Below are positions 36,801 to 45,900 of a DNA stretch of 50,558 nt, piece after piece. The stretch is from positions 1 through 50,558 of the IMG/VR virus record IMGVR_UViG_3300038393_001512. One strand, 5' to 3'. Both the position numbers and the translations under genes were made by a program. The notes beneath the pieces were generated by a model. It searched no databases. It was not told the DNA's origin and saw nothing but the letters and a program-made list of their open reading frames with translations. Positions within the stretch are counted from its first letter, which is position 1. Each line of letters opens with the position of its first letter. This stretch comes from a virus (taxonomy: Duplodnaviria; Caudoviricetes).

Positions 36801-37102
36801 CCAAGGATGACTTGGGCCCCCGAGAGGATCTCGGAGGGCCCGACAAGCATCACTTCGTAGAGCGGGTTCCCATTGATGTCGCCCGTCTGCGTATACTGCT
36901 GCAAGAGCCCCTGGAAGGTGTGGCTGCCGTACGTGAAGGAGACGGGCTCACCCACGGCTGGTGGGAAGAAGCTGTCGCCAGCATTAGGGTCCTCAACCAA
37001 ACTGATGGTCATCGTACTGACCTGCTCATTCCATCCTACTGACGAACTGTAGCGATAGACCGTAGCTCCCATGAACTTGGTCAAGCTGAAAATGTCGGCC
37101 AT
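33860..37102 (-). CDS. Large tail protein (baseplate hub / tail-tip-like)
   Basis: 1080 aa, downstream of the tape measure and Dit-like genes; GAGGAG RBS; assignment mainly by position. Confidence 0.65.
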   Translation of the reverse strand: MADIFSLTKFMGATVYRYSSSVGWNEQVSTMTISLVEDPNAGDSFFPPAVGEPVSFTYGSHTFQGLLQQYTQTGDINGNPLYEVMLVGPSEILSGAQVILGSFRGATGAMPNLLNAYGFWENRMGFGGALTNNSGMLWNAPFDVLKVDPGSSPGSIEIVQEGTIGIKAAIEYLTNFSGDYGGPLQFRGHFYNVDLGNLPIPPVYYRVGGTSRDILSIVSEICQDGGHDYICYLDGHTIKFKTVSRIYQQTIGAISTYVNAQPDVTTKAVGIELRNDVTNAVLLGGDVRQLYPLYNYANDDMIWPFWGMNDQGLPIVGHGSPEAGVHEFDLNCAPIADIMGGTKYHCTIPELRLAAVNYDSWAAWVMRHEPEKAEIINLVGAMDSDSDLFDIFGDLLMQRDLIAAREEAAKAFGGMNDEVEENYWTKRAQRVYNFVSTYANEYYGRKFLVKIPFFVYWKVVEGSTEVVASEEPCESAYLPEASLPLSLMYGNEDMFLTEDGQFECFVLFDADSGIDIEQLDPNSTVIQGNGVYVRARVDTSLGVVYPAQTIFPYCVIELDRPVVALSPDPLGGVSDLAVVLGLEDNPQILQQMVGFRQGDFPIRIAPPAYRPRGVALPMKSNRDSYGPWGTFPPFGPMGVAGKVSFERDESLTPWEYGGYDSLQQAAAAKLAGAASNLQEAETGSLEQVGMPIISLGDSLIAGGPQVTSIDVSVGVDGVKTSYRMQTFSPRFGVFSKTNADRIRQMGIAAQQVRRSLRTLFHQRETNQRVAVAAQIGFMQNASRAIQQRTPHDILYGRMAWSEKLQRYRTVVSSSTLPEAVANARADNPDLWEAAAAMSLEGLLRPFSTNATDPGPVPGRGDYPHFGVIESHLSTTIPSVKTLDPLGTKNDLEIMTWDQTYPGEMHTLKAQAAADKGVQLADGTPMQPADFTNARLLGLRGPMVMVGWGYEYTGKPIPNQAVVTGDPANPPLIHNWSDNFADDHRLHPEYWKAGPIDLRYDMWRQCWTIPTILIGKLDAALTAGPTKMTITLGPASATGPADKIDVYNVLGGPSIAANTLVIAGYYPLTNRWYAIAATCPA

Positions 37103-37114
37103 CCTCTGCTCCTC

Positions 37115-39115
37115 TTATTTGTAGACCCACACGACTGTACGTGTATAGCGGGCCGATTGTGGGGACCAGGTGACTTGGTCCTGCTCCAGAAATATGCTGG
37201 CGGTGTTCTGTGGAGTGTACTGAGAGACGTCGAATGACGGGGTGTCGTAAGAGACAACGCCACAACCGTACTTCGGTGGTGGCATCACCACTTCCACATT
37301 GATTGAACGCCGCTTTTCCTTCTTGGTCTTGATGTCCTGGAAGATCGGGCCGTCCTCAAGACCGGGGACGGGGATCACTGCGAATACGGGCGTGCCCGCA
37401 TCGTCCGTGATGCTGACAGATTCCGTCAACGCTCCGGGAATGACGGGTGCGATCTGGGAAGTGAACTCGGCACTGTAGGCCACCGTCCCTGCCAGGGGAT
37501 TGTAGCCCGCACTCGTGGAGTATGGGGTCGGGTTAATGCAGTCCAAATTCACGTAGGTGGCGGCTACACCGAGGAGGTTGCCCGCAATGCCATTGTAGTA
37601 GGCCACCGCATTGTTGTACCTCTCCACCATACTCCCTTGACCGAACGGATCGGACGCATTGGCCGTCCTCAAGCCAGTCACGGTCCCCTCGACGGTAACC
37701 GTCGTCCTACCATCCTCGCGGCTGGTCCTAGACGTCACCGTGAACTCGTTGCGGACGTTCTGGGGGTCCCTATCGTCGAATTCGTAGGTGTAGTTGACCA
37801 CCCCATTCGTCTGATCGAAGGAGAACTGGGCACTGACCGGGAAAGCCTTTAAGTTTGATACACCGGATTCGCTCACGACCCGAGCAAAAAGCAAGTTTTT
37901 CACGACTTCCCACTGAAGCTCGGCTCGTGTGAACTTGATCGTCGTACTCGGCCCATCGTCCAGGTAGACAACACCAGTTATTGACCCATCGATCCGTACG
38001 ACCGTCTTGTAGTCTTCAAGCGAAGTGGATTGCGACAGGGTATATGTTTCTATCGTATCATTGACGATGACCCGGTCGGAGAACTCGAAGTTGTAGGAGA
38101 TCGAGCCTTCGTACGGGTTGTGGTCGACGCTCATCGCGGTCGGGTGGGCCCCTAAGGTGCCCCCACCAACCGTATTCACCTGGTCCTGGCAGCGTACCAG
38201 CAGCAATGCCTTGACGGTCGGCCACTGGGCGAGTGCGGCGGCATATCGCCCCTCGAAGTCGCCCACATTCTTGGCGAGACCGCGAACCGATCCCGTGATG
38301 GAGACCTGAGTGGTGACCTTGGGTTCCTCGACTCGTCGAAGAGAAATGGTGAACTCTTCTACGTACGATTGTTCGTTGAGGACCCACGTCTCGGTGACCG
38401 AATAGCTTCCATCCGTCTCATCGACATTCTCGACGATGGTCCTATTCCACTGATTGGTCGAGCGGGGAGCGGACGCGGACAACGCCGCCAGGTCATTGCC
38501 CGAGAGCGGTGACCAGTCGGGGTCGGTTGCCGTGTTCCAGTCGAGCCCAAGCTTACTGGTAACGAAATTCTTGGCATGCTGCCAAGGGAGCAGGGAAATG
38601 TTCCCTGTGCCATCATAGACGAGCTTACCCTTAGCGGATACCGAGTGCGTAGCCTTCCAGGTTCGGGGGAGGTCGCCCTCCTCGAATGCCCATGTCTCGC
38701 TTGCCGACTCGCAATTAGTATCTAGATCCGTCTTCTCATCTTCGAAGTCGGGGCCCGTCAGGACAATCGTATAATCGGTCCTGTCGGTCCATATACCCTC
38801 GGAGAAGTCGATGCTCTCCACGATGGCGGGGAACTGGACGGGGGCCGACCCATCCCAGCCTTGCACCTGGAACATGAGGCCGTTGACCGCGAAGATCCGC
38901 CTCAGTTCCTCCTGCTTGGCGAGAAGGGTTGCCAACTTATGTTCGAGAGTGATGGGCGTAAAAGTGTCGTCCACCTTCTCGCACACGAGCGTACCCGTGA
39001 GACGAGCCGTTACGGTCCACGAGAGGCGTCGTCCGTCTCCCATGACTTGAGGGGCCTTCGAGATGCTTACCTGAGGGCCCGGCCTGATTGGCTGATCGCC
39101 GTAGATTACTGGCAT
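37115..39115 (-). CDS. Tail protein built from about six tandem ~100-aa domains (Dit/tail-tube-like)
   Basis: TAATG coupling; repeated unit E.(F/Y)T.S...V.I.G.V.G...(Y/F)..A...W/Y...P...G...Y..EF.DR. Confidence 0.7.
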   Translation of the reverse strand: MPVIYGDQPIRPGPQVSISKAPQVMGDGRRLSWTVTARLTGTLVCEKVDDTFTPITLEHKLATLLAKQEELRRIFAVNGLMFQVQGWDGSAPVQFPAIVESIDFSEGIWTDRTDYTIVLTGPDFEDEKTDLDTNCESASETWAFEEGDLPRTWKATHSVSAKGKLVYDGTGNISLLPWQHAKNFVTSKLGLDWNTATDPDWSPLSGNDLAALSASAPRSTNQWNRTIVENVDETDGSYSVTETWVLNEQSYVEEFTISLRRVEEPKVTTQVSITGSVRGLAKNVGDFEGRYAAALAQWPTVKALLLVRCQDQVNTVGGGTLGAHPTAMSVDHNPYEGSISYNFEFSDRVIVNDTIETYTLSQSTSLEDYKTVVRIDGSITGVVYLDDGPSTTIKFTRAELQWEVVKNLLFARVVSESGVSNLKAFPVSAQFSFDQTNGVVNYTYEFDDRDPQNVRNEFTVTSRTSREDGRTTVTVEGTVTGLRTANASDPFGQGSMVERYNNAVAYYNGIAGNLLGVAATYVNLDCINPTPYSTSAGYNPLAGTVAYSAEFTSQIAPVIPGALTESVSITDDAGTPVFAVIPVPGLEDGPIFQDIKTKKEKRRSINVEVVMPPPKYGCGVVSYDTPSFDVSQYTPQNTASIFLEQDQVTWSPQSARYTRTVVWVYK

Positions 39116-39960
39116 TATGGTGTCCACCCATTGATATAGAGCCTAAGAAGTTGGGTCGTTAGTCCGGTAGACTTGGGGATGACGAGCGTAGCTTGCCCGT
39201 TGAAGGGGATCGGTTCCTTCACGTTCGGGATGACGAGCGTGGCCTGCCCTGTCGTGGTCCCGCCGAAACCCTCGATGAAGAGGTCGGACTGGGCCACCGA
39301 GAAGGGCTGACCGGAGATGAAGAGGGGGCTCTCTAGGGTCGCCCCATTGTTCTGCATCACCAGGGTGATGCCCGCGTAGGGCCCCCGCTCGATGTGCAAG
39401 TTCATGTCGTCACCGATAGCGACGGCACCTGGCGTATCCCCAAGCCCACTGATGTAGAGTTTCACCGCCTTCGTCTGACTCCCTGCCCCGTTGTAGAGGA
39501 AGAGAGGCATCACTCCATTCGTGCCTGGATTCCCACCAGTGAGCACCAAATTCATGGCGGCTGGAATGGTGCCCGAGTCGATACCCTTGATGAAGAGGTT
39601 CAAGTCCTCAGGAAGGGGCTGTGGTGGTGCCCACATGATGAGGGGCATCGTCGATGAGATCGCCGAGACACCTGGATTGCTACCCATAATGACGAGCGGT
39701 TGAATGCCCGTCATGATGGGAGCCGGATCGGTCTTGATGTTGAGGGTTAGAGTGCGGTTGAAGGGCAAGCCGCCGCCGAGGATGTAGAGGTCAAGACCTC
39801 CCACGTCCGGCGAAAGCCCCCTGATGAAGAGCGTGGTGCTCGAATTGAAGGAGTCGAGACCACGCATCGTCAACGGCATGATCCCCGCTGCGGAGAGACC
39901 GCCATCGGCGGTCCCCCCTTGCAGGAATCGGAACTTGTCAAAGCGATGTACTCCAAACAT
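39115..39960 (-). CDS. Beta-repeat structural protein
   Basis: About 17 repeats of a x-L-(F/Y/V/H)-(I/M/L)-x-G-like heptad separated by Gly/Pro/Thr linkers. Confidence 0.7.
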   Translation of the reverse strand: MFGVHRFDKFRFLQGGTADGGLSAAGIMPLTMRGLDSFNSSTTLFIRGLSPDVGGLDLYILGGGLPFNRTLTLNIKTDPAPIMTGIQPLVIMGSNPGVSAISSTMPLIMWAPPQPLPEDLNLFIKGIDSGTIPAAMNLVLTGGNPGTNGVMPLFLYNGAGSQTKAVKLYISGLGDTPGAVAIGDDMNLHIERGPYAGITLVMQNNGATLESPLFISGQPFSVAQSDLFIEGFGGTTTGQATLVIPNVKEPIPFNGQATLVIPKSTGLTTQLLRLYINGWTP

Positions 39961-39963
39961 ATC

Positions 39964-42900
39964 TTAGCTCCTTGGAGGCATTGACTCAATGGCCTTTCGG
40001 ACCTGGCCCTCAAGTTGAGCCTGCACCTGTTTGAGGACTTCGCTTGCCATGTCCCCCTTCATGGCGGCGATGATTGCCGCCCCATTCAAGGTAACTGTGA
40101 AGTCACCGCGAGTGGCGACCTCGATCTTCGATGGGATGTTCACGTTACTCAACGCCTTTGCTAGTGAAGAGGCCGCATCATTGAAGGGGCCCAGCCTATC
40201 GGATAGGCTGGTCATCGAATTAGCCAGGCTCTCAAAGGTGCCGCCGACACGCCCGAAGACGTCGCTCGCACTCCGCAACTGCTCGCCGAACGAGTCGGCT
40301 GCCTTCACGAAGGCGTCGAAGGAGACGGCTCCTGACCCGCCCCCGCTACCAACCGCACCGCCCGCCTGTCTGTAGATCGGCGAGCGACCCGAGTTGATGG
40401 CGTTGAGGAGCGGGCCATTTGCCCTCGCCGACGCCCCATTGACTACGAACTCGCCTGGGGTGAGCATGGCCGGGACCATGCCGCCATCGGCGAAGTGGAA
40501 GGGCTTCTGGCGACGGTCCTTCCTTGCCTTCTGTCTTAGAGCCTTCTGGTTCTCTTGGTAGGCGTCCGCAACACGCTTCCGCTGTGCTGCCGTCGCACCA
40601 ATCGCACCCTGTCCCTTCCTCTCCCTCGCAAAGTTAAGAGAGTCGATGTGGGGACCGATCTTACTGGCCCTCAACTCCAGGAGAAGATTCTTGTTCCTCT
40701 CCCGTGCGTCTGGGGTCAGATTCTTGTCCCGCGAATCGGCCGTCAGCTTGGCACGGGCACGAGCCGCATTGAGGATCTGTCGCTGGGTGAAGCCGGACCC
40801 CTGCTTGTTAACATCCTTCGTAGCACTCGCGACCTTGTCATAGTAACGTGCTCGCGACTTGCCGATCTTCGCGGCTTCCGGCTCTCTTCCGCCGATGACG
40901 GGTCTCGTATCGATACCCCTACGAAGTAGGTCGGCGTTGAAGAGTTCCTGTTGTTCCGCCCTTCGCTTATTGAAGTCTGCAAGTTTGGCCTGATCGGCTA
41001 CTCGCCTACCTTTCCTTGCATTCTCCTGAGCAACGATGCGAAGCTTCACATCCTCGGAGATCTTCGGGTTGTTAGCGAGGGCTGCTGGCAGCCCTTCCAA
41101 TGCTGGGTTGGCGACCGGAGCGGCCGGTGCAGCCGCCGCCGCTGGGTTAAGCCGTTGCTGCCTCGAAGCAGCCGTCCTAGCCGCAACCGCCGCCCTCGCC
41201 TGCTCGGCAGCCTGATTGGCAGCCTGCCGTTGAGCCGTATCAGCTTGCAGTTGACTGGTCCTGTCGGCACGAGCCTTGAGGAGTGCATCAACCTGGCCCT
41301 TCGCCGTAGCGGCCTGTGCCGCCGCTGGCGATGCAGCGAAAGCGGCACTCTCTGCTTGTGCCGCACTAACCTTCTGTTGAAGTCCAGCCACACCGGCTTC
41401 GACCGGAGCAAGCATCGCCCGATTAGCGGCGACGAATGGAGCCGAGATCTGATTCGCGGCATACTTCGGATCGAGACCTAGAGCAAGCGGGGTCTCTTTG
41501 ATATTGATGGCTTGCTTCTCAGGATCGGAGAGGCGACGTCGTCGCACCTGTTCCTGTCGCTCCTGAATCTCTGGGAGATCTTCCGCTTGGGCTGCCCTAG
41601 CCCCGAACGGATTACCCGCCGTTATCAAAGTAGTAGTAGCCGCATCGAAACCCGCGAATTTCAATCCGCGATCCACAGCCCTATCAATGAAAGTGAGGGG
41701 GTTGTAAGTAGTGCTCAACCTGGTCGTTTCAGGTGCGTTATCATCGGCAGAGAGCAGCTTGCCGTACAACGACTTAGCGGACGCATTCAACTGATCTCCG
41801 TGGCCGAAGGCCGCACCTTCCGATTCGAGACGGTCGAGGGCGAGCTTGCGACGACGGACCATTTGAGTGTCCGGCGTGCGGGTATTGGCAAGGATGTCCT
41901 TACCCTGCTTCACGAGATCCTTCAGGTCACCCGCATTGGTCGAGTCGTTGGCAAACAACTGGTCGATCTCGGTCAGGTAGTCTACCTTGCCGCCACGGGC
42001 TCGATAGATTGGTCCGCGAGCCGAGTTGATCGACTGGAGCAGGGAAAGGTTCGCACGGGTTGCCGATGCGTTGACCACGAACTCGCCGGGCGAGAGCATA
42101 GCCGGAACGGTGTCGGTGCCGCGTGGGGCGAAGGCTACGCCGCCGTTCGCCTTGAACTGGGCCCGCTCCTCCGCACCCTGCCTCTGCTTCGTGAGTACCT
42201 CGGTAGCCTCCGTGAGCCGCTTCAGCGTGGCGACGAGATCGGCGGGGTCGCCTACTTCGTTGAGCCCATTGCCGATCTTACCGGCGATGAGGGGCTGTTC
42301 GCGGGCGACCGCAGCCATCAACTGGTGGAATTCGCCCGGTCGTGCGGGCTCGGAGCCCAACACGCCCGTCGTCACAGCGTTGCGTGCAGCATTACCCTCG
42401 TCGAGAGCAGCCTGCTGGGCCTTCGAGAGGACCGAACCGATGCTCTTGACGATCTCCTGATTGATGTCGAAGGTGCCCCGCGAGAATTCGGGCTTAGCCT
42501 GGAAGTCGCTGAGCTTGCCGAGCACATCAGGGATGACTTCCTGCTCCACCTGATTGCGGGTGAAGCCAGTTCTCCTGATAATCTCGCTGGTAGCCGCCTG
42601 TAGCTGACCCTCAATCCTCCCTTCAATGCCTGGGTCGAAACCGTGGGCCTGGACGGGCGAGAATCGCTGACCCAAGAAGACCTGACCGCGAGCCTCCTGT
42701 GCAAGCTGGCCCTTACCGAAGAGCCCCTGGCTCGTCTTGGCAAGTTCGGCCTGTCGGATACCAGCAGCCCTGAAGGCATTGAACTCGGGAGCGTTAAGGA
42801 TCTGTCGGACCTTGCCGAAATTACCCTTACCGATGCCCTGTAGGCCCTCGATGCTGCCGATCGCATTGACCTGTGATTGAACCTTGCTCTGAGCGGCCTT

Positions 42901-45900
42901 GGAGCGGTCCTCGGCTGCCCTCAAGTCGCTCGCACGGGCCGTCGCGATCAACTGGTCAAGCTTCGTGAAGAACTGGGCGTTGGTCTCCTTCAGGTTCGCA
43001 AGGAACTCTGTGGCAAGGGTCTGCTGACTCTTGGCCAGAACCTCTTGGGCCTGCACGGAGCGTTCCGCCACTTGCACTTGCTGCTTGAGAAGGTCGTCCC
43101 TTCCCTGCTCCAGTCCAGTTGCCTGGCGACCGAAGATCGCCCGGTTGCTCGGATTGAGAAGGTTGTTGGCGACCTCTCCACCAGTCCTATTCGCATATCC
43201 AGGAAGTTTGACATCCTGAAGGCTGGTCAGATAGTCGAGGATTTCCCGAATCTGGTTCGGTAGGAAGCCCTGGAAGTTGCCCTGCTTGACTGCCACATCG
43301 CTGAGGGCGGAAGCCCTCTGGATCTGGAAGAGTTCCTTTGGGCTGGAAGTGAGCAACTTCTCCGTGAAGGAGAGTTGTCCGCTTCGTTGCTTCTCGATGT
43401 CGCTCAACTTCTCCTGGATCGCAGCCGACTCGTCGGAGGCGTCTGCCAGGTGATGGAGGGCTTGCTGGAGCTTGTTCGCCTCAAGAGCCGTCGCATTGAA
43501 GGACTCTTGTAGACGGGCCCGCTCTTCGCGTCCCAGCGTCGGCGAGTTGAGGTTGCCCTGAAGGGCCCGCTGACGACCGATGGTCTCCTGGAGACGACGG
43601 CCGATTTCCTCGGGGTCGCCAGCCGCCGTGCCCGCCAGCCTTGCTTGCCTGTCCGCGAACGGACGGCGTAGAGCATCTAGGGACAGGAAGCCCGCTGGGC
43701 TTCGTCCTTGTCGTGCTCCCTGCAATTCGGCAGAGGCACGCTGAGCCGAAAGGCGAAGCGTGCTGACTCTGTCGAGGGCATCGCCCGCACTGAGCACCTT
43801 CTGTGAGTAAGCAGCAAGCCCCTGCGAGAACTTATTGAACTGCTCTTCAAGCTGCCTCGTCTGCTCTTCGATCTCCTTCTTGAGTTGACCGAAGGTCTCT
43901 TCGATGAGGTCGGCGACGAGCTTCTGAGGGTTGCTCTGCAAGCCCTTGAAGAGCTTCTCCGGGTCTGTACCGGCGAAGGCCGCACTCAGAGGGCCAGCAA
44001 CGCCCTTGTCAAGCTTCAGGTTGTCGGTGAGCAGCTTACCGATCGACGACTGAATCGCATCCGCATTCGTGAAGTCGAAGGTCGTTCCCGCCAGCAGCGA
44101 AGGTAGATCCCTCATGGTCGTGTCGACCTGGGTGAGGACACGCCTGAAGTCGGCTGATACGGGACCGCCCGTGTTCGCCTGAGTGAACTGGAGGCTTCGC
44201 TGGAAGGCGGCTCTGTCGAGACCGCCGATCTGCCCGGCCCCCGCCGCAAATCCACTTACCCTCGCCGTGGCGATGTTGCCATCGAAGAGGGAGGAGATCT
44301 GTTCGGCACTCGATTCCAAGGAATGCACGCTCGCCGCCGCCGCACCGAAGGCTTCGGTGAGATGGCCGAACGTGTGTACCTGCACCGTCATCAGGGTGAG
44401 GGCTTCGGCCGACTTCTCCTGAGTGTGACGCAGGCGATTTGCGGAAACAATCAACTGATCGAACTGTTCGTAGACCTGATTGATCGGTAGCCTGTTAACT
44501 TCTGCAATTGTTTGAGCGATCGACTCGCCGCCCGCCCTATTGAAGGACTCGATACGGCCTCGACGTCGGGCGTCAAGATCCTCCTGAGTTGTACCCGCAC
44601 CAACGAAGACATCCTGAGGGTTGAGTTTGACGCCCTTGGCGATCTGTTCGCCGATCTGCTGGAGAGCAGGCAGTTCGGGCGTGAGGATCTTGATCCTCTC
44701 CTCGGCAGCCTGGCGAGCCGCCTCCGTCTTTCGCTCTCGCGTGGTCGATGTGAAGTTACCAGAGAATGTCCTCTCGAATCCAAGCAACTGTGGCAACTGA
44801 TTGAGGGCGGTGAGTCCGTTCTTGCGAGCGAAGTCGGCACCGATCGTTCTTGCCACACCACCGATACCAGTCGTCGGGATGAAGTCTCCAGCCCGATCCA
44901 AGAGGGTGCCACCGTTACCGGCAACAGCCACTCGACGACGTGCCTCGGCTTCGGCAGCCGAAAGGCCACCGGCCAATCGTCCACGACCAGCAGCGTCCAG
45001 TCGGGTGTGACCGTTGGCCACATCTGCGAGGAAGCTCTGGAATGGGCGGAATGCCTTCTCGAAGTTAAGCTCTTCGATCCTATTCTGAGCGTCTCGTAGT
45101 GACGTGTAGAGACCGATGAGGCCACCAGCGACGGCACCGATAGCGGCACCGATAGGGCCACCAGCGAGAAGTCCGGCCTGGCCAGCGATTGCGGCCCCCG
45201 TGATCGCACCCGAGGCTCCCTGTGCCGTCTTAGCGGCATTGATGGAACCACGAGGAGCGTCGACAGTACCGAAACCGGCTTCGAGCAGACCAGGAACGAA
45301 GGCCGCTGCAAGTAGACCGTTCGAAGCGATGCCAGATCCGACCCGGCCAAGAGTCCGGCCAAAGAAGTTGCCTCGCTGGGCAGCTTGTGGCTTTGGTCCA
45401 ATGCCGAAGGCCGAGAATTGAGAAACGCTCGAAGCATTCCTCTTCTCGCGACGTGCCCTGCCCGCTTCGCTCTCCCCGAAGAAGCTCGGGAAGATGTCGG
45501 CGGTGAAGAAGTTGCTGAAGCGTTCTCGTCGCTTTCGAGCCTCGAAGGCTGCCCGCCGTTCCGCCTGCCTCTGGAGCAAGTCGTCCGGACTGGACATGCT
45601 GCGGATCTCGTTGACGTTGGCGGCGGTTCGCCGTCTACGTGCAGCATCGGCCACGCGACCAGGCTCGGTGTTGACGAAGAAGGGGTTGGGGTTCAAGCCG
45701 CTTGGGCTTGGGCGACGGGCGGCACCACCGAAGCCCCTGAGGGCTTCCACTTCACTAGCCGTTACGGCTGCCTGAGCAGCGGCCCGACGAGCAGCCGCCT
45801 GAGCAGCGATGCTCCCGGCAACATTGTTGACTGCGAACGGCTGCTGCCTTCCTGGGACACGACTAGCAGTGAAGCCGCCAAGTCCCCTGATTTGAGCAAC

